Source: Octopus bimaculoides (taxonomy: Eukaryota). From it: DNA of 44,239 nucleotides. Of the stretch, positions 1 to 10,760 are shown in pieces. Each line of letters starts with the position of its first letter. Position 1 is the first letter of the stretch. The notes under the pieces are model-generated. The model was not told where the DNA came from. It saw nothing but the letters and a program-made list of their open reading frames with translations, and made no database searches. Where the stretch lies: the NCBI RefSeq assembly GCF_001194135.2, contig NC_068985.1, positions 9,756,334-9,800,572 on the forward strand, written 5' to 3'. The translations under genes were made by a program, and so were the position numbers.

Positions 1-367
1 ATATATATATATATATATATATACATATATACGACGGGCTTCTTTCAGTTTCCGTCTACCAAATCCACTCTCAAGGCTTTGGTCGGCCCGAGGCTATAGT
101 AGAAGACACTTACCCAAGGTATCATGCGGTAGGACTGAACCCGGAACCATGTGGCTGGTAAGCAAGCTACTTAGCACACAGCTATTCATTACACATATGC
201 ACACACATGCACACATAATGCATATGTATTCTGAAGGAATTGCTTTAACATTGCATCATTCGACATTCAGACGTCTCAAAAGTCATAAACCTTTTCAATG
301 CTGAATGTTTCAACCATCACGGTTTAAATTAAGACGATGAACATAAACGTAAAGATTTTAAACTTAC

Positions 368-454
368 TCTTCACTGGCTCTCTCTTCAGGCTTCAAAAAG
401 TTTCCCTTCAGTCTATTTGGGGCTAACTTGAATGGGACTTCCAAAACCATATCA
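368..454 (-). CDS. Arr: Arrestin coding exon 12 (87 nt; DMVLEVPFKLAPNRLKGNFLKPEERASE)
   Basis: TTTTCAG| acceptor, GA|GTAAGT donor; aligns with DVAVELPFTL; next exon is outside the window. Confidence 0.93.
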
Positions 455-593
455 CTGAAAAACAAAATTAAAAAATAAAAACTGGAGAAATAATTCTTTT
501 TTGAATGGGGAATCTCGAAGCAGATAAAGCTATAAATAATAGAACTTAGATATTGGGTGAAAAACTCTTTGGATAGAAAAGGTCGAAGGCCAT

Positions 594-657
594 ATGTGAG
601 ACACGAACCCACAGTACCAGTAAACATGACAGGCGTTCTGCCAATGGGCTAAAGTAC
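594..657 (-). repeat. Decayed tRNA-like SINE head between ~80-bp direct repeats (489-570, 711-797)
   Basis: TAGCCCATTGGCAGA (A-box-like) and GGGTTCGTGTCTC (B-box-like). Confidence 0.4.
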
Positions 658-921
658 TATTTCTGATTTCTCTGTCTACTTTAAAAATTTTAGAAATTTC
701 GAGAACGTGGAATAATTCTTTTCTGGAATGGTGAATCTTGAAGCAGATAAAGCTATAAATGATAGCATGTAAATATTATCTTAAAACTCCTTTGAGCAGT
801 AAAAGAAGAAGGCTTCTTCGAGATTCACCATTCCAAGTGTGTATCTTATTCCCTAAAAATCAAAAATCAAAAACAAAAACAAGCAAAAACGGTAATAAGA
901 AAAATAAATGCAAAAACTTAC

Positions 922-1008
922 CCTGAACCGAATCCAAGCGTCATTTTAATTTTAATTTTATAGTTTACAATTATTCCAAGATTTTCTTTGTTAACTTTGC
1001 CAGCCATT
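922..1008 (-). CDS. Arr: Arrestin coding exon 11 (87 nt; MAGKVNKENLGIIVNYKIKIKMTLGFGS-G)
   Basis: TTCGCAG| acceptor, GG|GTAAGT donor; aligns with REILGIIVSYKVKVKL. Confidence 0.95.
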
Positions 1009-2422
1009 CTGCGAAAATATGGGCGGAAAAGAAAGTCATAAAATATATGCTACAACAAGAGTCCCATTATATATAACTACGAGTGAAAATTAACCAACAA
1101 GATGGCGCGGAAGAGACACTCTAGTAGAAGTAGATTACTGCTTGTTAGAAATTACAGCCGATTCTCCCTCAGATTATACCCAACTATTTAATAACAATAA
1201 ATGCACACATTACCTTGATGCATATAATATGTGCAAATTAACAATTAAAATCTAGAAGATAGTTAAAGCTGATGAGACGTCCATTAAGTTTGTCCTGAGG
1301 GTTTTGGCTCATCATTGATAAACAAAAGCTTTAACTATAAATCCCCTACCAAGCATTTTCATCTCCCTGTATAATCTATTGTTTTTACAGTGGAGTCAGC
1401 TTCTCATAACTCACTAATTCTACGCCAGGTGTTGAGCGTCGGATGCAATGTCTAGCGATATTCATTCCGAGTTCCTACACTCTGTGTTCAAATCTTACAG
1501 CTTTCAACTTTTCCTTTCATTCTTTCAGGTCGATACATAAAGTACCTGCCAAGTACTGGAGTCGATTCTTCTCTTCGTTTTTCTCTTCCCTCTTTCTCTC
1601 TCAAAGAAATTGGTTACATGCAGATCTAAAGAGGAAAGGCGTTTCACCAGGTTTAAAATGCACAAGACACAATATCTTCACAATGTCCCCATAGGAGTTG
1701 AGATCACAAGAAAGGAACGAATTTTATGTCATCAACCCTTAAATCTTAGTGAACGAGTTTGCTTCAGTCTGTTCGTGTCACTCAAGATCTATTTTGTCAT
1801 AAGACATTGCTACGAACTTCATTCTTTACTCCTATCAAAAACTGAATGACATATCTTGAAATTAGTCTCACCACAAGTGTTTTATAGTTATTGTTTAGCT
1901 CCTGGTCAACTAAAATTGCAGTAGTTTATGAATGGAAGGGGTTCTAACTGAGACCACATCATCCTATTTTCCAGTAAAATGCATCTAAGAATAAATTACG
2001 TCTTTATGAAAAAATAGAGGTCGGGTGTGATTTAAGATAGATTTAAGTATCTTTGCAAGCAGGTCGAACAGTGTAGACGTTACTGAGTTAAGTTCGAACT
2101 CGTTTCTTTGTTTATTTGGACTGAACACTTAATTCTATGGAATTTAGGAATTGGCATGTGCCAAATCATCTGGTAATGTTATTTGAGATATTTGTGGAAG
2201 TTTGGTCGTTAAATCTGCACCTCCGAAGTGAAAAGGTTTGAATTAATATAGCAATCAAAGATAACGTTTTGGACGAATATGAAAATACGGAAACTACATG
2301 AAGGTTTTATAAATACACTGTTATCAATATTCTAAAATACATTACAGACCATTGAGAGACCCGTTAAATATATATATATAAAAAGGTCAACACTGGTAAC
2401 CACAAGGAATTTCAATACTTAC

Positions 2423-2569
2423 TCAGTCGAGGCTGCCAAAGCAGTATCTTCGTACTTCACCCTGCCGTTCAAGGCAAGGCCAGCACGACGTTTAGCGGCA
2501 TCAAGAATTGGGCGGATTTTGTAGACTTTACAGAAACCAGATGTATTAGATTCTATAGGAAATCCTTCT
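2423..2569 (-). CDS. Arr: Arrestin coding exon 10 (147 nt; EGFPIESNTSGFCKVY...GLALNGRVKYEDTALAAST)
   Basis: CATCAG| acceptor, GA|GTAAGT donor; gate/lariat loop motif. Confidence 0.96.
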
Positions 2570-2883
2570 CTGATGGATTAAAGTAAATATTGACATAGAT
2601 CATAGATGATACCGTTAAAGAGTTAGGTAGAAATAATTATGCAATGAGATAAAAAGAAAAAAAAACTACATCAATCAATGATAATTACAACTTCAGATTT
2701 TTAGCCAAGGGAGATCACAGTGGCCAACATAAATCGATGACGTAAAACACATGATTGCATAATTTCTCTATTTATCATCAATAATATTAATACGCTAACT
2801 TTTTGTTTTTGTATGTACTGGTTGTGTGAGTCACACTTACTTCAAAGAAGTAGCAAAGTGAGAGAGAGGAGGACAGAGAGGAA

Positions 2884-2934
<51 letters not shown>

Positions 2935-3268
2935 TGAGAGTGAGAGTGAGAGAAAAAATGAGACAGAAAGAAAGAGAGTGAAAGAGACAGTGAGTAGTGA
3001 TGGCGTTCGTTTTGTGATTTCAAATGTTTATCACATCGCAAGTAGATACATAGATACATATACACATTGTTAAATCAAAAGCGGGAGAGAAGAGGGACAC
3101 AAAGGAAGTGAAAGAGACAGTAAATACATAAATCCAAAGAAATCTTCATACATAGATACATACACACAGCAAATATTGGATGACAATTTCATCTTTCATT
3201 ACCACACGAGGATAAAATTAAGAATATAAGACATAATAATTGTCACAACAAATGAAAAAGAAACTTAC

Positions 3269-3341
3269 TCCGTTTCAACTTCGGCAACAATGTTTTTGTA
3301 CTGGACAGTTTCGTAGAGGCAGATATCCGCATATTGCAGAA
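3269..3341 (-). CDS. Arr: Arrestin coding exon 9 (73 nt; V-LQYADICLYETVQYKNIVAEVET-E)
   Basis: CCACAG| acceptor, GA|GTAAGT donor; QYADICL motif. Confidence 0.96.
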
Positions 3342-3381
3342 CTGTGGGATAGAAACATGTGTATATAAATATACATACATA

Positions 3382-3797
3382 CAGTGGCAGACTTGGTCTA
3401 AAAATATTGGTTGTCAGGAGACTAAGGGGGCCCACCCGCAACTACAAGGGGGCCCACCCGCAACTACAAGGGGGCCCACCCGCAACTACAAGGGGGCCCA
3501 CCCGCAACTACAAGGGGGCCCACTTGNNNNNNNNNNCCCGCAACTACAAGGGGGCCCACTTGCAGCTACAATATTATTATTTAATCTTTTTTGTTTGTTA
3601 AAAGTATTCTTTTCAACTGTCTACAAACACAGCCAGGCTGAAGTAGTTAATGCGTTCTTCCAGGAGTGAATAAAAAATTCTCACACTTGAGAGGATGGGC
3701 CCCTTAGATACTAACATGGGCCCCCATATATGGATTCTAATGGCGCAGGGGCCCACTTGCCATCGAACAAGTTGGCAACCTGGCCAGTCTGCCACTG
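3382..3797. mobile_element. hAT-type MITE with internal 22-bp minisatellite
   Basis: TIRs CAGTGGCAGACT / AGTCTGCCACTG; 8-bp TSD CATACATA at 3374-3381 and 3798-3805. Confidence 0.88.
3425..3562. repeat. 22-bp minisatellite (CCCGCAACTACAAGGGGGCCCA)n
   Basis: Period 22 (starts at 3435, 3457, ...); copy number uncertain because of a 10-N gap. Confidence 0.95.
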
Positions 3798-4044
3798 CAT
3801 ACATACATACATACATACATGGCTAATTCGTGCATTACAAGTGCAATCTGTGAGTAGAACAGTAAAAATATGCAAGACTTTTCTTAAGTTCCAAATGTGA
3901 ATTTGTCTGTGTTAACTACATCCCAAAGATGAAGCCTTGTAGCTTTGTTAGAAAAAAAAAGAAGAGACATACGCACATGCATACGTAAGAAGAAGAAGAA
4001 GAAGAAGATAACACACACATACACACACATCACAAACTGCTTAC

Positions 4045-4129
4045 CCTGAAGCCTGATTTTCTTCGCTTTTTTCGATGTTGGGTTGTCTACACACACGTTT
4101 ATGTTTATAGTTTCGCCAGAGTAATATTT
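4045..4129 (-). CDS. Arr: Arrestin coding exon 8 (85 nt; KYYSGETININVCVDNPTSKKAKKIRLQ)
   Basis: TTTGCAG| acceptor, G|GTAAGC donor; aligns with [24 protein letters not shown]. Confidence 0.96.
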
Positions 4130-4319
4130 CTGCAAAAATAAAGGAAACACATTGAACACATCAAAGTGGCCATAGAGTTGTATCTTTCTCTATTGTCAGC
4201 TGTCGTTTTGCGCGCGCGCGCGAGTGATGAGGGCTGGAAAATGACGAGGAGAGAACGGTTAGCTATTTAAAAAAATTTAGCCAAGGTTGCACTGATGATC
4301 CTTTTCTGCCTCCAGACAC

Positions 4320-4645
4320 CCTTGCCAAGCCGGCGGAGGTAAAGGACATGGAACGCACCCCCTTTCGGTTATTTTTTTTTTTTGCTACAGAAACCCACGT
4401 TTTCGACTGCAGAGATTCCGAATCTTTTAAAAAAAAAATTAAAAATCGGTATTTCAAAATTTTACCCCCACCCCTTTTTTTTTTTTTTTTTTTTTTTTTG
4501 CATATTCGGAATCTCCGCAGTCGAAAAAGTGGGTTTCTGTAGAAAAAAAGAAAAAACGAAAAAAAAAATTATTAAAAAAATTAAATTAACCGAAATGGGA
4601 TGCGNNNNNNNNNNNNNNNNNNCTTTACTTCCGCCGCCAAGCCTT
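4320..4645. mobile_element. Foldback (palindromic) element
   Basis: 39-bp arms 4385-4423 / 4504-4542 with 2 mismatches, plus two outer inverted segments. Confidence 0.7.
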
Positions 4646-5106
4646 TCAGAAATCCACGGAACCCCTTTTAAAAAATCTATGACAGTTGTTTTTTGATTCA
4701 ACATCAATATAACAAAACTTTGTCCCTGGATGATAACATCTGTGTAAGAAAACCATGTCCCAATGTTGATGTAATAAACAAAATAGATGAGAATGGAAAA
4801 ATGTAATAGTCAACAATACAAAATATAAGATGGCAATAACATTTATTGTTAAAATAGTATCAAAAATATTTTTTTGACTCTAAATGATCAATCATGATAC
4901 CACATACGTGTGTATATTTCGCGGTACCCCTTTTGATCTCTTAAATTCCATCAATCAACTTTTGTTTATTAGAAATCAACTCCAATTAATTTTTTGTGTG
5001 CGTGTTTTATTTTTCTCTTTAAGTAAAATGAAGTAACGTGCAATAGACGTATATTTAAAACAATTTCAAGCTTGTAAACGGAAATAACTTTAACAAGAGC
5101 ACTCAC

Positions 5107-5242
5107 CGCTTTATCAAGTGAGCATTCTAGCTTCATGGCTCCAGAGGTAAACTTGAATTCCTTGCTTATTTCTCCATGCGGTTGAGGTTCTTTACGTTCC
5201 TCGAGATAAGTCAGTTTCCGAATGGACATCGATACAGAATTT
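5107..5242 (-). CDS. Arr: Arrestin coding exon 7 (136 nt; NSVSMSIRKLTY...LECSLDKA)
   Basis: AACAG| acceptor, GCG|GTGAGT donor; within track ORF 4969..5250; includes the polar-core Arg of IRK. Confidence 0.96.
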
Positions 5243-5369
5243 CTGTTCACGAAGATATTTTTAAATTATTGAAATTTTAATCAGACAATACAATATAAAA
5301 GTTTCTTCAATGAAATAATACCATTCATTCAGAGTGTTATCCTACTTTTTTTTTTCTTTCCGTCTTAGT

Positions 5370-5790
5370 TTGAAGGGAAACAGCATCTAAGATGTTGCGG
5401 GACCTCTGAGGCTAGTTAGATCAATACAGTCGGTATTCAGGTGGATCAATAGGTTGACTACGGCAGGGTAAAGAAAAAAAAGAAAGAAAAAACGTAGACA
5501 TTGAAGGAATGCAGGGTAGGTGAGATAAAGCTAGAATAACACGAGAAGAATTATATAGGATCTAGGAGGAGGTAGCGAACAATCAGCTACATCAGAGAGA
5601 TGTGGGGTTTTCTAGTAGAAGTAATGAAGAAACCAGAGAAAGGAAACTGCGTCAGTTGGCCAGTCGTTCTAGGGTGCTGGTGAATGAGTTTTTACCAACC
5701 AACCGAATTGGCTTCTATGGATGTGGTCAAGGGCCTATGTGTATTTAGAAGTAATGGTTACCCTAGATTTATGATTAGTTCTCCAGTGCA
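5370..5790 (-). mobile_element. Degenerate CR1-like LINE 3' fragment
   Basis: LDHIHR, LVGKNSFTSTLERLA and DVADCSLPPPR in shifting frames. Confidence 0.45.
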
Positions 5791-5809
5791 AATCTACCAG
5801 TGTAAATAG

Positions 5810-6210
5810 TACCAAAGGTGGGCACTGTTAATCGAAAAGTTAATTTCGTTAACCGTTAATCTGTTAACCAAAAAGTTAATTTCGATAACCGTTAATAATT
5901 TAATTCTTTAAAAATGGAACAAAGGTAATCGATAAACCGTTAACGTTAAATTTTATTATAGAAAAAAGAAAAACGAATAAATCAGTTTTTGCTCTAAAAC
6001 CCCACTAAAAACACCTTTAAGAAGTGCCAAAACTATAAAATCCGTTAACTTCTATTCAATTGAAGTTAACGGGAGTTAACTCAAGTTGACTCGAGTTAAC
6101 GGAAGTTAATTAGTCCGATAATGATTTCTAAAGTTAACTTAAAAGTTAAATCGTTAACGAAAATGTCAACTTCGTTAATTAATGATTAACAGATTAAGGG
6201 TTTGGTACCA
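5810..6210. mobile_element. Degenerate GTTAAC-rich TIR element (hAT-like?)
   Basis: Left end CAAAGGTGGGCACTGTTAATC, partial inverted match GATTAACAG...TTTG at right, many GTTAAC subterminal motifs. Confidence 0.4.
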
Positions 6211-6343
6211 AGATTTGCATAATACATACACACACACGCACAAATACAAACACACACTCATATTCGCACACACATATAAAAGGTGGACCGAAATTTAGAG
6301 AAAAGTAGCGTTCGCAGAGACCGTCATCTCTCCTTTATATTAC

Positions 6344-6411
6344 CGTTTATGAATTTTCTCATCCAAGCTCTGTCCGACATATGTTGTTACTTGATAGTCA
6401 ACACCGCAAGG
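6344..6411 (-). CDS. Arr: Arrestin coding exon 6 (68 nt; PCGVDYQVTTYVGQSLDEKIHK-R)
   Basis: TTCTAG| acceptor, CG|GTAATA donor; CGVDY and KIHKR motifs. Confidence 0.95.
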
Positions 6412-6516
6412 CTAGAAGTACAAAAACAGACAACTTAATATCATTCTCAGTTTCGAGTGAGTGTGAAAAAACACAAAAAGAAGCTTTCAAATAAAGAATG
6501 CAATGACTAAGAATAT

Positions 6517-6937
6517 TCTTTTCTACTCTGAGAACAAAGCCCCAAGTTTTTGGGGAGGGTGCCAGTCGATTAGATCGATCCCAGTACGCAACTGGTGCTT
6601 AATTTATCGACCCCGAAACGATGAAAGACAAAGTCGACCTCGGCGGAATTTGAACTTAGAACGTAAAGACAGACAAAATACCGCTAAGCATTTCGCCCGT
6701 CGGGCTAACGTTTCTTTTTTCTCTATTGCCCACAAGGGGCTAAACATAGAGGGGACAAACAAGGACAGACAAAGGGGTTAAGTCGATTACATCGACCCCA
6801 GTGCGTAACTGGTACTTAATTTATCGACCCTGAAAGGATGAATGGTAAAGTCGACTTCAGCGGAATTTGAACTCAGAACGTAACGGCAGACGGAATACCG
6901 CTAAGCATTTCTAACGTTTCTGCCAGCTCACCGCCTT
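6517..6937 (-). mobile_element. Dimeric family-B SINE
   Basis: Two head-to-tail monomers with different tails, flanked by one degenerate 15-bp TSD (6502-6516 / 6938-6952). Confidence 0.85.
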
Positions 6938-8270
6938 AATGGCTAGGAATATAAGACATCAATGGTGGTTAAGTGAATATAGGTTTAAACTTCAATGTCA
7001 GAGATGCGTAATTCTTATTCGTAATTTTACTCGTACAGCTTTCTATTCATTTAACTAACAGAAAGAACGCAGAAAGAACCAAGTATGACGAATATGTTAT
7101 CAGTGCAAAGCTTGTGATGTGTAATTAAACTGAGTATGGGGTATCTTGACGATTCGGGTTTTAATCTTTTCGGAGAAAGAATTGAAGCAACATGGGAAGA
7201 CAGAGAGGGAGTATATTCACGTTCATCAGTAACATTTATTCATTTACTTGTTTCAGTGATTTGACTGCGGCCATGCTGGGGCACCACCTTTAGTCGAACA
7301 AATCAACCCTACGACTAATTCTTTGTAAGCCCAGTACTTATTCCATCGGTCTCTTTTTGTCGAAATGCTAAGTTACGGGGATGTAAACACACCAACATTG
7401 GTTGTCAAGCGATGGTGGATGGGGAGACAAGCACAAACATACGCAAATATATANNNNNNNNNNNNNNNNNNNNNNNNNNNNNNNNNNNNNNNNNNNNNNN
7501 NNNNNNNNNNNNNNNNNNNNNNNNNNNNNNNNNNNNNNNNNNNNNNNNNNNNNNNNNNNNNNNNNNNNNNNNNNNNNNNNNNNNNNNNNNNNNNNNNNNN
7601 NNNNNNNNNNNNNNNNNNNNNNNNNNNNNNNNNNNNNNNNNNNNNNNNNNNNNNNNNNNNNNNNNNNNNNNNNNNNNNNNNNNNNNNNNNNNNNNNNNNN
7701 NNNNNNNNNNNNNNNNNNNNNNNNNNNNNNNNNNNNNNNNNNNNNNNNNNNNNNNNNNNNNNNNNNNNNNNNNNNNNNNNNNNNNNNNNNNNNNNNNNNN
7801 NNNNNNNNNNNNNNNNNNNNNNNNNNNNNNNNNNNNNNNNNNNNNNNNNNNNNNNNNNNNNNNNNNNNNNNNNNNNNNNNNNNNNNNNNNNNNNNNNNNN
7901 NNTATATATATATATATATATATATGAGGGGCTTCTTTCAGTTTCCGTCTATGAAATCCATTCACAAGGCTTTGGTCGGCTTGAGGCTCTAGTAGAAGAC
8001 ACCTGCCCAAGGTACCACGCAGTGGGACTGAACCCGGAACCATGTGATTGGGAAGCAAGCTTCTTACCACACAGCCACGCTGCGCCTATTTGTTGATAAA
8101 GCTGGAAAAGAAGCTGCAACTTCTTTGCTGGGGGTTTCGGGTTCTGTTACTCGTAAGGGATGCGGTTCAGAGCGATTCTTAAAACACTTCAACCATGACT
8201 TACCACAAACTTGGATTTTTTTTAGGTCAGCAAATATACTCTTAGATCTGAATTTGTATTGAATGTGTAA

Positions 8271-8612
8271 AGGCGCATGACTCAGTGGTTAGAGCGTCAG
8301 GCTCACACTCATGAGGTAGCGGGTTCGATTCCCGGACCGGGCTGTGTGTTGCGTTCTTGAGCAAGACACTATTTTACATCGTTCCAGCTCAGTTCACTCA
8401 GCTGTAGAAATGAGTTGCGACATCACTGGTGCCAAACTGTATCGGCCCCTTTGCCTTTCCCTTGGATAACATCAGTGACGTGGAGAGGGGGGAGGAGCTG
8501 GTATGCATGGGCGACTGCAGGTCTTCCATAAACAACCTTGCCAGGACTTGTGCCTCGGAGGGTAACTTCCTAGGTGAATCCCATAGTCATTCATTATCGA
8601 AGGGGTCTTGAC
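8271..8612 (+). mobile_element. tRNA-derived SINE 'family D'
   Basis: A box TGACTCAGTGG, B box GGTTCGATTCCC, GTTCTTGAGCAAGACACT segment; 3' part recurs at ~16898-16997. Confidence 0.8.
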
Positions 8613-8798
8613 CTTATATACGTATATGTATGTAAGTATTGTATGTAGGGAACACAGAGTCATGTACGTAGATCGGTAAATATGCAGGCCGACATATAAG
8701 TCCATAGATAGCTGAAGAGAGATAGATAGGCCGAAACAAAAACAGTTAGATATATGTAGTGATAGAATGAGTAAGTGTGAGTTTTGTCGTGAGAGTGT

Positions 8799-9382
8799 AT
8801 ATTCGGATCTTTTTTAAAACGGGGGCCACATTTTTCATTAATGTTTTACGTAGTGTTTTTGGTACCGAAAGACTTTCAAACTTCGTATACTTATCTATTT
8901 TGTGTTATAGAACAGAAAAATATTTTTGTATTCGAATTTATTTCATGTAAAAAATTGTCTTATTTCGATAATTTCAACCAATCACTGACAAGTATTCAGT
9001 TGTTTACATTTACTCCTTTGGCTGATTAAGCGATGTAAAGCGTATTTAATTTCCATAGCTTCGTTTTGCTTTTTTCTTTTTAAATTTGCTGTTTTACCCT
9101 AACCCTAACCCTAACCCTAACGCTATCACCGATAGAATTGTTTCAGAATCGTTTGTTTATGTAGTCGGCACTTAATGTATATCGGCTGAATGAACGTCAG
9201 TGATTGGTTGAAATTACAGAACTACGACAACTTTAACATGGAATAACTTATGGATTTCTTTTTTTTTTAAAGAAGACTAAGAGAAAAAGATGTTTTATAT
9301 GACACATTCTACCAGTGTTCCAAGTTTCAAAGTGTTTCGTTAATGAAAAATGTGGCCCCCGTTTTAAAAAAGATCCGTATAT
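8799..9382. mobile_element. MITE with ~40-bp TIRs and internal (TAACCC)n
   Basis: CGGATCTTTTTTAAAACGGGGGCCACATTTTTCATTAA at left is the reverse complement of 9340-9377; TA-flanked; internal inverted repeat ATTTCAACCAATCACTGAC. Confidence 0.85.
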
Positions 9383-9411
9383 TCAATAGATATTGTGTTC
9401 TCTTTACTTAC

Positions 9412-9471
9412 CGCTCCGTCGTCACCTTCACATGGTTGGATGCACACTGTATCAGGAGTGGTGGTTGGCAG
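9412..9471 (-). CDS. Arr: Arrestin coding exon 5 (60 nt; LPTTTPDTVCIQPCEGDDGA)
   Basis: TTGCAG| acceptor, GCG|GTAAGT donor, phase 0-0; aligns with IPPNLPCSVTLQP region. Confidence 0.93.
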
Positions 9472-9957
9472 CTGCAATAAACAAGAACATTAATGTTTAA
9501 ACCAAGCGTCACAACGATCACCCGAACTACACGCAGTCGTTTTAAGACAGTTGACCCTGAATATCTTTCTTCTGTCCCATCACTTGTACAATAGTGCTTC
9601 CTGGATAGTCCTTCCTTGCTAATTTCTCTCGGATAATTGTCCGTAGATGATTTTCCCAATAAAGAAACAATAAAAAAAAAGTACAGCTATGGTAGAGCAA
9701 ATGAATACTAACAAAGCCAGTTTGAATTTATAAATACATGTTTTACTGGTTATTTAACAAGAACTGTCTCAATACCAGTTGAATATTTGGGTCGATATAA
9801 TCTACTGAAGCCATCAAATTTCCGTCATGAGAAAACCCTTTCATCTTTATGATTGAAATAGCATACGTGCCAACGCGTATGTTTATATGTATGTATTCGA
9901 CCTTGACATAAAAAAATAATTCGACTTGAAATTCTATAAAGGCATCTTACACCATGA

Positions 9958-10080
9958 AGGGAGGCGCAATGGCCCAGTAGTTAGGGCAGCGGACTCGCAG
10001 TCATAGGATNNNNNNNNNNTCGGATCAACTGGAACCCTCAACGTCGTAAGCGACGGAGTGCCAACACCAACAACAACACC
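9958..10080 (+). mobile_element. tRNA-derived SINE ends around a 10-N gap
   Basis: Head GGCGCAATGGCCCAGTAGTTAGGGCAGCGGACTCGC and a (CAA)n-like tail; related 3' sequence at ~33556-33650. Confidence 0.6.
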
Positions 10081-10309
10081 ATGAAGTGTGGCGGAGAGAG
10101 AGCGAGAGGATAGGAGGCAGACTCAGAAGGGAGTCCTAGCCCCCAAATGCTTACAACGTAGTGAACCCTGTGATATAAACATTCAACTGAATACATCCCC
10201 ATGTGGGACATCCCTCTCTAGACTAAACCCAGAGCAAAAAACAGTACCCAACCATCATATGATGGACCTGAACCCCCTCCCCCACCCATCCAAATATTGG
10301 AATAGCAAA

Positions 10310-10552
10310 GGACCGGCACATTGTAGGACACAGTTGTAGTATTCAGCATATTGATCGAATAAATCTTGATTAGCAGATACTGAGGAGATCCGGTAGGAGA
10401 CGCTTTCTACAATAGACTTTAGGACGGAGGGGCGTTGTGGGAGAAGTTCACGTAGTGGAGGTTTTCTCCAGCTTTGTGATATGGGTAGAAGGTTTGGTTT
10501 TGTAAGTCCAGGGTAACGTCTAAAAAATTAGCGGTTTTGACGTTGTTACAGG
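10310..10552 (-). mobile_element. Penelope-like element reverse transcriptase fragment
   Basis: NFLDVTLDLQNQTFYPYHKAGENLHYVNFSHNAPPS / KSIVESVSYRISSVSANQDLFDQYAEYYN matches PLE RT thumb motifs; one frameshift. Confidence 0.75.
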
Positions 10553-10630
10553 AAGAAATACTGAGGCCGACGTGTATGTGTGTATGGATTGTTTATGACA
10601 AAGGAAAATGTACTTGATGCATAGAGTAGA

Positions 10631-10760
<130 letters not shown>

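Noticed and set aside
1263-1312. CTGATGAGAC...GTC as a hammerhead core
   Set aside because: No GAAA after the putative stem II.
3425-3562. CRISPR-like appearance of the 22-bp and 18-bp (31606-31750) arrays
   Set aside because: No spacers, eukaryotic context, both inside transposon remnants.
8271-8345. Functional tRNA gene
   Set aside because: No acceptor-stem pairing or terminator; continues into a SINE body repeated elsewhere.
9097-9120. True telomere or chromosome-fusion scar
   Set aside because: Only four units, centred in a TIR element.
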